Shown one piece after another: positions 1 through 8,342 of a stretch of DNA of 40,479 nucleotides (position 1 is its first letter; each line of letters begins with the position of its first letter). Under the pieces are notes generated by a model. It searched no databases. It was not told the DNA's origin and saw only the letters and a list, made by a program, of their open reading frames with translations. The stretch covers positions 1 through 40,479 of the forward strand of contig DUPE01000213.1 in NCBI GenBank assembly GCA_012838475.1, written 5' to 3'. The stretch comes from Clostridiaceae bacterium (lineage in GTDB: Bacteria > Bacillota > Clostridia > Saccharofermentanales > DTU023). The position numbers and the translations under genes were made by a program.

Positions 1-350
1 AGATGCGCCTGTGCCTGCTCGACCAGATAGCTGAAGCCTTCCTTATCGTTCACAGCCATATCTGCAAGTATTTTACGATCCAGACCAATGCCGGCCTTCT
101 TCAGACCATTAATAAAGCTGGAATAGCTCATGCCGTTTTGACGGCTGGCTGCATTGATCCTTGTCACCCACAATCTTCTGAAATCGCGCTTTTTTCTGCG
201 TCTGTCTCTGTAGGCATAATTGCCCGATTTCAGTACCTGTTGGTTAGCTACTCTAAATAATTTGCTTTTATGTCCAAAATAGCCTTTAGCTTGTTTAAGA
301 ACTTTTTTATGGCGAGCTCTTGCGTTAACGCCTCGTTTAACTCTTGACAT
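1..350 (-). CDS. rplT: 50S ribosomal protein L20 (C-terminus runs off the window start)
   Basis: The reverse-strand ATG at 350-348 opens [39 protein letters not shown]...[21 protein letters not shown], a canonical L20 N-terminus. It lies directly downstream of rpmI, as in infC-rpmI-rplT operons. The + strand track ORF 3..260 is its antisense shadow. Confidence 0.93.
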   Translation of the reverse strand, partial: MSRVKRGVNARARHKKVLKQAKGYFGHKSKLFRVANQQVLKSGNYAYRDRRRKKRDFRRLWVTRINAASRQNGMSYSSFINGLKKAGIGLDRKILADMAVNDKEGFSYLVEQAQAH

Positions 351-394
351 TATTGACCTCCTGTTAACCCTTCGTTATTCCTTATTAGTCTAAA

Positions 395-595
395 TTAATT
401 GTCATAGGGCATCAGCTTGCGCAATCTCTTTTCGTGCGTCTTGTCAACTACCGTTGGCTGGCGCAGATTGCGTTTACGTTTAGTCGTCTTCTTGGTCAAT
501 ATATGTTGTTTTCCGGCCTTGTTTCTCACAAATTTGCCCGTGCCGGTCACTTTAAATCTCTTTTTCGACGAGCTGTGTGTTTTCATCTTTGGCAT
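395..595 (-). CDS. rpmI: 50S ribosomal protein L35
   Basis: 66-aa [39 protein letters not shown]... is typical L35. It sits between infC and rplT. Confidence 0.95.
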   Translation of the reverse strand: MPKMKTHSSSKKRFKVTGTGKFVRNKAGKQHILTKKTTKRKRNLRQPTVVDKTHEKRLRKLMPYDN

Positions 596-738
596 CTTGC
601 ATCACTATCCTCTCTATATAAATTGTATATTATCTACTTTAGTCCGCACTTCTCAGAAGCTCCAATATTAAGTCAATGATTGAAGCTCTTATCTGGATTT
701 TTGGAAGGACCGGCCCCTGTCTGTAAAAACAGGATGCC

Positions 739-1263
739 CTAGTCTTTATCCTTGCGTGGAGCCAGGTACATTATCATGTGTCGCCCTTCAGCCCTGGGGG
801 GACGATCGACCACACATTTCTCAGCACAAGCTTCCGCAAAATTCTTCATGACATCATAACCCTGTTCCTGATGGGCCATTTCTCTGCCGCGAAATCTGAT
901 CACAACCTTGACGCGATCACCTGCATCCAAAAAACGCATGGCGTTGCGTATTTTGAAATCCAGATCATGCGCTTCGGTGGTTAGCTTGAGCTGAACTTCC
1001 TTGACCTCAGTTGTTTTCTGATTGCGTCTGGCCTCTCTTTCTCTCTTGGCCTGATCATAGGCGTATTTCCCATAATCCATAATTTTTCCGACCGGGTTCT
1101 TGGGGTCGGGAGAAACGAGAACTAAGTCCAAATCGTTGCTCTTGGCTCGAGCAATAGCATCTGCCGTAGTAATTACGCCCACCATCTCTCCTTCCTCATC
1201 TATCAGTCTTATCTGAGGGAAACGGATGTCCTCGTTTATGATGTGCTTGCTTCGCTTGCCGAT
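739..1263 (-). CDS. infC: translation initiation factor IF-3, non-AUG start
   Basis: The body (...DLDLVLVSPDPKNPVGKIMDYGKYAYDQAKREREARRNQK...IRFRGREMAHQEQG...) is IF-3. The frame stays open upstream of the first ATG (1185) as far as an in-frame TAG at 1272-1270. This adds IGKRSKHIINEDIRFPQIRLIDEEGE, the conserved IF-3 N-terminus. That stretch contains no ATG/GTG/TTG, so the start is probably AUC at 1263 (or a nearby AUA/AUC). Confidence 0.88.
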   Translation of the reverse strand: MGKRSKHIINEDIRFPQIRLIDEEGEMVGVITTADAIARAKSNDLDLVLVSPDPKNPVGKIMDYGKYAYDQAKREREARRNQKTTEVKEVQLKLTTEAHDLDFKIRNAMRFLDAGDRVKVVIRFRGREMAHQEQGYDVMKNFAEACAEKCVVDRPPRAEGRHMIMYLAPRKDKD

Positions 1264-1397
1264 GTTCGCCTACCTTTCTCCGCATAAAAAAGAGCGGGAC
1301 TCGTTCCGCTCTCGAAAACTAGAGTACTATCCTAGCCATCCAGATTAACCTTTTCGCTTAATGCTCAAGGTGAGAAGCGGAACTTCTACTTGTTACG
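1264..1397 (-). promoter_or_regulatory. infC operon 5' leader, candidate L20-responsive leader
   Basis: A leader of about 130 nt lies between a near-consensus promoter and the infC start and contains an intrinsic terminator. This matches the architecture of the Firmicutes L20 ribosomal-protein leader. The L20-binding fold itself was not verified. Confidence 0.5.
1283..1312 (-). terminator. leader attenuator / intrinsic terminator upstream of infC
   Basis: The minus strand reads AGAGCGG-aacgagtc-CCGCTCT followed by TTTTTTAT. The stem is 7 bp (up to 9 bp) and a U-tract follows. It ends about 20 nt before the infC start. Confidence 0.7.
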
Positions 1398-1403
1398 GTG
1401 CTT

Positions 1404-1432
1404 ATTGTACTGACTTTAATTCAACCTGTCAA
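1404..1432 (-). promoter_or_regulatory. sigma-A-type promoter of infC-rpmI-rplT
   Basis: The minus strand carries TTGACA (1432-1427), a 17-nt spacer and TACAAT (1409-1404). Confidence 0.7.
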
Positions 1433-1513
1433 ATAAATTGCGGTACAGCTGCATATATTTTGCCCTCGTATTATTTGAGGCACAGGGCCAGCGATCACGT
1501 TAAATTTGCATAA

Positions 1514-4369
1514 CTATTTCGCCGGTCTTCTTTGCACTGATCTGCGCCGCAATAGCTTGTAAATCTCGCCGGATGCTAATGGGAATAACGACAAGGCCAG
1601 AATTCTCAGCCAATCCATGAGATCTAGAGAAATCGTATAAAAGAGCGGCTGCACGAGAGGCAGATAGACAACGGCCAGAGTTAATGTAAATGAGAGCAAA
1701 AATGCCTTATTCAGTGTCGAGTTGGAGAAAAGTCCCAAACTGAAAACAGAATAATCTTCAGACCTGCTCGAGTAAGCGCGGAATAGCTCAGCCATTATCA
1801 AGGTAATAAAGGCATAGGTGCGAGCTCCCATAGATGGCAAATACCCTGCCAGGGGGAAGAAGCTAAAATTGCCGGCATACGCTGTAATCTGCTCTTGAGC
1901 ATTGACCATTACGTCAGGATAAACAAAACGTCCTATTTGAAAGGCTGCAAAAACTGCTATCAAGATGGCAACGGATTGATTAATTATCGATCCCAGCATC
2001 TTGAGATCTAGAATTTTAGCGTCATGCGCCCGGGGCGGATGCTTCATGATATCTTCTTCACCTTTCTCCCTGCCAAGTGCAAGTGCGGGAAAGCTGTCAG
2101 TTACTAGATTCAGCCACAAAAGCTGAATCGGACGCAGCGGGGTGAAAGCAGGTCCCAAGAGCAAATTTGTGATAAAAATAACGAGAATTTCACCGACATT
2201 ACAAGAAAGCAGAAAATTGACGAATTTACGGATATTGCTGTAGATGATACGACCTTCTTCCACTGCCTGGACAATGGTGGCGAAATTGTCATCTGTCAAA
2301 ATCATATCTGCTGAACCCTTGGCTACTTCGGTACCTGTTATGCCCATTGCGACGCCAATATCGGCCTCTTTAAGTGCGGGAGCATCATTTACGCCGTCAC
2401 CGGTCATGGATGAGATATGATTGGCGGCACGCAGAGCTTCAACGATTCTGACCTTGTGCTCAGGAGAGACACGGGCATATACCGTAGTATCGGAGACTAT
2501 CTTTACCAGTTCTTCCTGGCTCATCTGTTCTAACTCAGCACCTGTGACTACTCTGTCTTCCGACTGACGCAGACCCAGATCATCCGCGATTGCTACCGCA
2601 GTCTCTTTATAGTCACCGGTAATCATAACTACTGAGATACCGGCACCGTGACACACTTCGATTGCCTCTTTAACCTCCGGCCTGGCAGGATCAATCATGC
2701 CCATAAGACCAACAAATACCATATCCTTTTCTGCGTCTTCATAGTTGGAATCATTGTGTTCCCCGTATGCGAAGGCAAGAATTCTCAGGGCTTGACGTGC
2801 AAGCCGGATATTAACATTCAGGATTTCTTCTTTAAGCTCAGCAGTAAGGGGCACAACGCCTTGAGACGTCATCACATCTCGGCAGCGATCGAGGACAATA
2901 TCAGGTGCCCCTTTGGTCAGGGATAAAAATGAATTATCAAAACTGTCGTGGAATACAGTCATCAATTTACGTTCAGAGTCGAAAGGCAATTCGCCCTGGC
3001 GAACATTTTGAGCCCTGGCTTCTGAGGGTGATACGCCACCCTTGGCTGCCACACTTAGCATGGCTCCTTCGGTCGGATCACCCAGGATACCCCATAGATC
3101 ATTTTCGACCAGTTCAGCATCGTTACATAAAACCCCTATCTCCAACAGGCGTTGCAAAACTTGATTGTCCGAGGCCACTACTGCCTCACTTTCCTCTTTG
3201 GAACCATCAATTAGCTCTGTTTTTTTAATCTCGCCGACAGGAGCATAGCCTATGCCGGAAGCAATGTAATGTTGCCTGTCCGCATACAGTCTTGTTACTG
3301 TCATTTCATTTTGAGTCAGGGTGCCGGTTTTGTCCGAACAGATTGTATCTACACTGCCTAAGGTCTCCACAGCCAGAAGGCGCTTAACAATTGCGTTCTT
3401 CTTTGCCATCCGATTCATACCCAAAGCGAGCACAATCGTCACGACTGCCGGCAAACCCTCCGGAATAGCTGCTACCGCAAGACTGACAGCTGTCATGAAG
3501 AGAGGTAGGATTTCACCTCCCTGCAATAGACCGACACCAAAAACGATAGCGCTGACAATTAGAACGAGAACACCCAAAACCTTACCCAACTGATTGAGGT
3601 TTTTTTGCAGCGGTGTCATCTCTCTGGTGATCCCCTTGAGGCGGCTGGCGATCTTCCCTACCTCGGTATGATCAGCTGTGGTAACTACTACACCTTTACC
3701 ACGTCCATAGGTAATAGCGGTACTGGAGAAGACCATATTTATGCGATCGCCGATACCCTGTGGCGCAGCCAGCCTATCTGCAGCCTCCTTTTCCACCGGA
3801 ACAGACTCTCCGGTCAGGGCCGCTTCTTCTGCCTTGAGGTTAGAACTGTCTATAAGCCTGATGTCTGCAGGTACGATATCCCCGGCTTCCAGCAGGACGA
3901 TATCGCCCGGAATCAGATCTGCAGCTTCGACCAACATCTGCTGTCCGCCTCGCATGATTCTGGCATGCGGAGCCGACATTTTTTGTAATGATTCAATAGC
4001 CTTTTCCGCTTTGCCTTCCTGATAAACACCTAACCCCGCATTAATAATTACAATCGCGATAATGATGATAGAGTCTGCCAACTCGCCCAACAGACCGGAG
4101 ACCAAAGAGGCAGCAATAAGAATAAGAACCATGAAGTCTTTGAACTGGTTGAGGAACTTCTGCAAGAGAGACTCTTTTTTCTCCTCGGTAAGTGCGTTAG
4201 CACCCAGTTTCTTCAGCCTTTGCTCCGCCTCGTCAGCAGTAAGCCCTTTGCTGCTGTCAGTCTCCAATTGATTAAGAATATCTTCTATGGTCCGGGAGTA
4301 TAGAGCATCGCCGTCTAACGGGATTTCTCCATTTTCATCGGGTAGCCAGGGTTTTTGTTGGTGGTCCAT
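1514..4369 (-). CDS. P-type cation-transporting ATPase, Ca2+ (P2A/PMCA-SERCA-like) type
   Basis: Motifs TGES (LTGESVPVEK), phosphorylation site DKTGTLT, hinge TGDGVNDAPALK and PEGLP in TM4, plus about 10 hydrophobic segments. An ATG at 4369 preceded by AGGAGG (5-nt spacing) is preferred over the TTG at 4372. Confidence 0.93.
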   Translation of the reverse strand: MDHQQKPWLPDENGEIPLDGDALYSRTIEDILNQLETDSSKGLTADEAEQRLKKLGANALTEEKKESLLQKFLNQFKDFMVLILIAASLVSGLLGELADSIIIIAIVIINAGLGVYQEGKAEKAIESLQKMSAPHARIMRGGQQMLVEAADLIPGDIVLLEAGDIVPADIRLIDSSNLKAEEAALTGESVPVEKEAADRLAAPQGIGDRINMVFSSTAITYGRGKGVVVTTADHTEVGKIASRLKGITREMTPLQKNLNQLGKVLGVLVLIVSAIVFGVGLLQGGEILPLFMTAVSLAVAAIPEGLPAVVTIVLALGMNRMAKKNAIVKRLLAVETLGSVDTICSDKTGTLTQNEMTVTRLYADRQHYIASGIGYAPVGEIKKTELIDGSKEESEAVVASDNQVLQRLLEIGVLCNDAELVENDLWGILGDPTEGAMLSVAAKGGVSPSEARAQNVRQGELPFDSERKLMTVFHDSFDNSFLSLTKGAPDIVLDRCRDVMTSQGVVPLTAELKEEILNVNIRLARQALRILAFAYGEHNDSNYEDAEKDMVFVGLMGMIDPARPEVKEAIEVCHGAGISVVMITGDYKETAVAIADDLGLRQSEDRVVTGAELEQMSQEELVKIVSDTTVYARVSPEHKVRIVEALRAANHISSMTGDGVNDAPALKEADIGVAMGITGTEVAKGSADMILTDDNFATIVQAVEEGRIIYSNIRKFVNFLLSCNVGEILVIFITNLLLGPAFTPLRPIQLLWLNLVTDSFPALALGREKGEEDIMKHPPRAHDAKILDLKMLGSIINQSVAILIAVFAAFQIGRFVYPDVMVNAQEQITAYAGNFSFFPLAGYLPSMGARTYAFITLIMAELFRAYSSRSEDYSVFSLGLFSNSTLNKAFLLSFTLTLAVVYLPLVQPLFYTISLDLMDWLRILALSLFPLASGEIYKLLRRRSVQRRPAK

Positions 4370-4516
4370 CAAGTCCTCCTAATGAAGTCAGGGTAAAGTA
4401 CATCAAAAAATCTGAGTTATCACATACAACTTGCAAAGTTATAAAGAAAATCAGGCAATATCCCCTATAAAAATATCATTGTATTTCTCATGCAGCAGAC
4501 CGTGTCCATATGATAA

Positions 4517-5920
4517 TCAGCATTCTTCTTCTTGACTATTATCGTCCTTAGATTCGAGTACGTCCAATCTAATTTTTGCAATTCTCTTGTCGTCCATATC
4601 CAGAACGGTGAAACGGAGATTTTGGTATTCCACTTCGGGCATGGTACCCTGCTCCGGTATATAACCCAATAAACTCAAGACAAATCCTGCCATGGTATCA
4701 AAGCCATCATCATCTTCCAGCTCGGCCAGCTCGGGAATAAACTCTCCTGCTTCAGCGGGAGTCACCAGACCGCTCATGCTATAGCTGCCATCTGCATTAA
4801 GTACAACCTCCTCATCGGGCAGGTCGTATTCGTCTTCGATATTGCCGACAATCTCCTCCAGAAGATCCTCCATAGTGATAATGCCTTCAGTACCTCCGTA
4901 CTCATCGATGACGACAGCCAAAGAAAGACGATTCTCCTGCATCTCCTTGAATAAGACATTAATCTGTTTGCCCTCAGGGACGAAATATGCTTCACGGAGG
5001 ATACTCGCCAGATCAAAGTTTTCCTTCTGTTCATTCGATATGCGCAAGATATCTTTTATGAAGAGGACGCCAACAATATCATCGATATCGTCTTCATACA
5101 CAGGGATACGGGAAAAGCGAGAATTAGCTGCAGCTTCTTTGGTCGTATCATAATCAGAGTCCAACGAAAGTGCAACGATATTGGTGCGAGGAGTCATAAT
5201 CTCAGAAACATCTTTATCGTCAAAAGAGAAGATGTTCTTAATCAAGGTAAGATCCCCCTGACGAATATCGCCCGATTTTGCCCCTGCTTCCGTCATGATG
5301 CAAATCTCTTCTTCTGTCACGCGTTCCCTGGCTTCTTCAGGATCAATGCGCAAAATCCGCAAAACTACATTGGCAGAGGCATCGAGAAATTTGGTAAACG
5401 GTTTCATAATGAAGTCAAAGCCACGCAAGATGCCGACAAAGCTGCGCGCAAAACCTTCCGGATTGTTCATCGCTACTCTTTTCGGCACCAGTTCTCCCAG
5501 CACCAATGTAAAATACGACAATACGATCGTGATAATAACCGTACTGATATTTTGCAGATATACTTTGGTCATACTGGGATCCATGGCCTTGAACAAAAGC
5601 ACAGATAAATTTTGCGAGGCAAAAGCACTGGACAGGAAGCCTGCCAGCGTAACACCGACCTGGATAGTCGCCAGAAAGCCACTTTGATTATCGATGAAAT
5701 ACATTAACTTCTTCGCCGTGCCGTCATTCTCTTCTGCGGCTTTGCGGACTCTGTTGTCATTTAGGGTAACAATCGCCATTTCAGAAGCGGCAAAAAAGCC
5801 ATTGATTAGAATCAGGACAAAAATACCTAATAACTGTAAGAGCAAACGTCCCACGCTCGCGTCACCGGCAACGCTGGCCAGTGCCGCCATTGTACTGTGA
5901 GATAAATCAATATCTTCCAC
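4517..5920 (-). CDS. HlyC/CorC (CNNM) family transporter: DUF21 membrane domain + CBS pair + CorC_HlyC C-terminal domain
   Basis: An N-terminal 4-TM region (LLLQLLGIFVLILINGFFAASEMA...) is followed by CBS-type repeats and an acidic C-terminal domain. The start is uncertain. GTG at 5920 has GGAGA 7 nt upstream. The ATG at 5890 has no SD, and the 6013 extension looks non-coding. Confidence 0.85.
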   Translation of the reverse strand: MEDIDLSHSTMAALASVAGDASVGRLLLQLLGIFVLILINGFFAASEMAIVTLNDNRVRKAAEENDGTAKKLMYFIDNQSGFLATIQVGVTLAGFLSSAFASQNLSVLLFKAMDPSMTKVYLQNISTVIITIVLSYFTLVLGELVPKRVAMNNPEGFARSFVGILRGFDFIMKPFTKFLDASANVVLRILRIDPEEARERVTEEEICIMTEAGAKSGDIRQGDLTLIKNIFSFDDKDVSEIMTPRTNIVALSLDSDYDTTKEAAANSRFSRIPVYEDDIDDIVGVLFIKDILRISNEQKENFDLASILREAYFVPEGKQINVLFKEMQENRLSLAVVIDEYGGTEGIITMEDLLEEIVGNIEDEYDLPDEEVVLNADGSYSMSGLVTPAEAGEFIPELAELEDDDGFDTMAGFVLSLLGYIPEQGTMPEVEYQNLRFTVLDMDDKRIAKIRLDVLESKDDNSQEEEC

Positions 5921-6216
5921 TCTGTGGTCTCCATTTCTTGGGTCTTTGACCCTGTAACCAATAGCTCGGTCATCTTTTGAGCAATATCCCGGCAAAGGCC
6001 AGGACATATACAATATAATCTATCTACTATAAAAGCAAATAATAAGCAAATTAATTGTCACGCATTTGCGAATATTATCATATGAAAAGCCAAAATTAAG
6101 AGAACTGCAACAAAACCTTATTTCAATGGGAGTGAGGCACACAAAATAAAATTTAAACTATCACATTATAGGAGAACGCCGAACGGGACAGACAGTCAGG
6201 CAGCAAAAATTATTAA

Positions 6217-6432
6217 AGATTACATTATAATTTTGTTTGTCGTTTTCCGCACCAACAGTCCCAAACTTCTGGCCAGTTGACCCGAAGTGTAATAATTATA
6301 AGTGAAACAGGTGTCTTAAAGCATCTGTTTTCCACTTTCCGCAAACACGCTAACATCGAGATGCTGACGCGGCATGTATTGATAGAACTGGTTGACCATG
6401 TGAAAGTATATGAGAGGGCGGCCTATCCGTAA
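6217..6432 (+). pseudogene. stranded C-terminal fragment of a large serine recombinase (DUF4368-like tail)
   Basis: An open frame with no usable start ends ...VLKHLFSTFRKHANIEMLTRHVLIELVDHVKVYERAAYP*. The LTRxxLxELVDxIxVYE block is the pattern I associate with the C-terminal DUF4368 region of TndX-type recombinases. A +1-shifted RKIQIGK continues the usual tail. No catalytic N-terminal domain is present anywhere nearby. Confidence 0.45.
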
Positions 6433-6603
6433 AATTCAAATAGGAAAATGAAATGCGGTACGTTTTGGATTACACCGCCCTTAACACCCAAAAGCAAGAT
6501 TTGAAAAAGTCGGGATAAACCGATCCGCCTTACCCATTATTCTATCTCGTAACTCTAGTAACATATGATTGATTTTACAGAAGAAAACATTAGTTAGAAT
6601 GTT

Positions 6604-6688
6604 CACACCAGTACGCAGGGAGTGCACTGCTTGTTTTTGCCACCGATGATGGTGAGGCCGGTACACGCCAGTGCGCAGGGGGTGCACT
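6604..6688. repeat. two 25-nt imperfect direct repeats, 60 bp apart
   Basis: The copies are CACACCAGTACGCAGGGAGTGCACT (6604-6628) and CACGCCAGTGCGCAGGGGGTGCACT (6664-6688), matching at 22/25 positions. Each can fold as AGTGC-N9-GCACT. The second copy abuts the DUF2284 stop codon. Confidence 0.8.
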
Positions 6689-7240
6689 CTAACCAATCAA
6701 TAACCCGCCAAGCAAGAAAAAATGTTGCGGAAGTCTGCCCGCTGAAGTCCAGACCAGTTTTTCATCAAAATACAGTTTAAGCGTCTTCTCTACATCACCG
6801 CCCAGGGCTTCTATGGAATGCCGCATAAATTCCGGCCTTATACAGGCTTGCCCCGTTGGACGATTACAAATCTCGCAACCTTCGCACTTACCCGCAAACA
6901 GCGCCCTGCTGCCATGATTTCCTCTCTCCATCTCCAACAGTTCTTCTGTAATACTTGTTTTTATCGGCGTCATAATCTCATAAATTAGAGAATTGAGCTC
7001 GTCTGCTTCATACTGCTTATTGGCCAGCTCTTCCCCAAAGACAACCTTCCTGCCGTATAGCAGGATAGATTTATAAGACAGCCAAATATTCATCGGCGAG
7101 AAGTTGAAAGGCGGGCATGCCCAGTTCCGGCTGTAAGCAGGACATTCTTCGCAAAACTTGATGAATTTTCCCACATCAATACATGCAGGCACATACTCAG
7201 CCAGTGCAATCTCACGCTGAAGGATCTGCGTTTCGATCAT
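6689..7240 (-). CDS. DUF2284-type predicted metal-binding (Cys-rich) protein
   Basis: Contains CEECPAYSRNWACPP and CEGCEICNRPTGQACIRPEFMRHSIEALGGDV. The CxxC..W.CPP plus CxxCxxC...C..RP...EA.G.DV pattern matches my memory of DUF2284. Its start overlaps the upstream gene's stop by 4 nt. Confidence 0.7.
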   Translation of the reverse strand: MIETQILQREIALAEYVPACIDVGKFIKFCEECPAYSRNWACPPFNFSPMNIWLSYKSILLYGRKVVFGEELANKQYEADELNSLIYEIMTPIKTSITEELLEMERGNHGSRALFAGKCEGCEICNRPTGQACIRPEFMRHSIEALGGDVEKTLKLYFDEKLVWTSAGRLPQHFFLLGGLLIG

Positions 7241-7785
7241 AACTCGAAAATCTCTCCTTCATCGGAAATACCAAGCGGATTTAAGGTGCGGTTCAACCAG
7301 TCACGTGAAGTCAAAGCTGCCACCGGCGCCAGCAGGCTGCTGCTTTCAAAATGGACTCTTCCGGTGGAAACAAGCTCCTCTTCGATATCGATCACTATCT
7401 GCTCAAACAATCGCCAACGGTTGTCATCCGGTAAATGCAGCAAGAGTATCTGGATTCTGCCCTCGAACTCATATACATCCAATACTTTGAAATGTGAATC
7501 GCGTTCAGCGACAAACAAACCCCAGTCCTTTTCGTGCTTGAATTCAGCAAAATCTGACATATGATTGGACAGTATCGCATAACGATGAGTGGTTATCATA
7601 CCCATGTTAAGGCTGCTTGCGTCCGTAAAACCCGGTTCTCTGATAATCATGCCGGGCTTATACATGGCGGCAATCTTTGCATCCAGATTCACATCTCTCA
7701 CATACATGGTCAAACTGGGCAAAGTATCGTTAATAGTTTCTGCTACCAAATCAAGATCTAAATCGAGATCTATTTCATTATCCAT
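7237..7785 (-). CDS. hypothetical 182-aa cytoplasmic protein (possible divergent ADP-ribosyltransferase-like fold)
   Basis: The ATG at 7785 is preceded by GGAGG with about 10-nt spacing, which I prefer over the 7818 start. The N-terminus is the acidic repeat DLDLDLDL. Motif order is YVR30 ... PGFTDASSL ... E85-K-D87 ... RDSHFKV. No confident family assignment. Confidence 0.6.
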   Translation of the reverse strand: MDNEIDLDLDLDLVAETINDTLPSLTMYVRDVNLDAKIAAMYKPGMIIREPGFTDASSLNMGMITTHRYAILSNHMSDFAEFKHEKDWGLFVAERDSHFKVLDVYEFEGRIQILLLHLPDDNRWRLFEQIVIDIEEELVSTGRVHFESSSLLAPVAALTSRDWLNRTLNPLGISDEGEIFEL

Positions 7786-7830
7786 AATCTCCGACCCTCC
7801 TTTTCGTCTAGTCGGCAAAACCGACTATTA

Positions 7831-7980
7831 CTGGCAAATCTCAGCAGTTGCCGGTAAGCATTAACCGCTGCAGGTAAACCTCAGTAGTTGCCGGTAAGCA
7901 TTAGCCGCTGCAGGTAAATCTCAGCAGTTGCCGGTAAGCATTAACCGCTGCAGGTAAATCTCAGCAGTTGCCGGCCAATT
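7831..7980. repeat. 40-bp tandem repeat, about 3.4 copies
   Basis: Units TCAGCAGTTGCCGGTAAGCATTAACCGCTGCAGGTAAA[C/T]C lie at 7841-7880, 7881-7920 and 7921-7960, with a partial unit at 7961-7975. Copies differ by 1-3 substitutions. A degenerate half-unit precedes them (7831-7840). The array sits 56 bp upstream of the 7785 start codon. Confidence 0.95.
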
Positions 7981-8342
7981 TCAGATACTACTTACCAATC
8001 TCACAGTAAATTTGAAGCTAAACATGACCTGCTGTTTTCCACTTCTGCTTACTGTCTCAAAATAGCAGAACTTCCTGTTTGAGTTCAAGAGCTTTAACCA
8101 GCGGAATACGCCAATTCTCAGAATATTTTGTGCTTTCAAACTCTGAGGTTTGTTTTTTGCTGAAGCTGATCATGGCATCTCCTAGTATTTTTTGTTGAAG
8201 ACGCCAAGCTATCCGGGCAGTTTTTTCGCTACAAATAACAGCTAGAAACCTGCTGATTGCTCCAGCCTTGGGCGCAGGAATTATTTTGAAATTTATTACT
8301 ATATGTGGCAATATTATTAGGCTAAGTTTAAGGGAGAAAAAG

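Noticed and set aside
5921-6013. N-terminal 31-41 codon extension of the CorC-family gene (MYMSWPLPGYCSKDD...).
   Set aside because: The extension has no SD and an atypical composition. The conserved DUF21 membrane domain begins after the GTG at 5920, which has a well-spaced GGAGA.
6481-6696. 71-aa minus-strand ORF with an internally repeated peptide (VHPLRTGVYRP / VHSLRTGVNIL).
   Set aside because: The peptide repeat is just the translation of the two 25-nt DNA repeats. It has a TTG start, no SD and an odd composition, and it overlaps the DUF2284 stop. It is better explained as non-coding repeat DNA.
7841-7975. CRISPR array hypothesis for the 40-bp repeats.
   Set aside because: The units are directly adjacent with no unique spacers, and there are no cas genes in the window. 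It is a simple tandem repeat.
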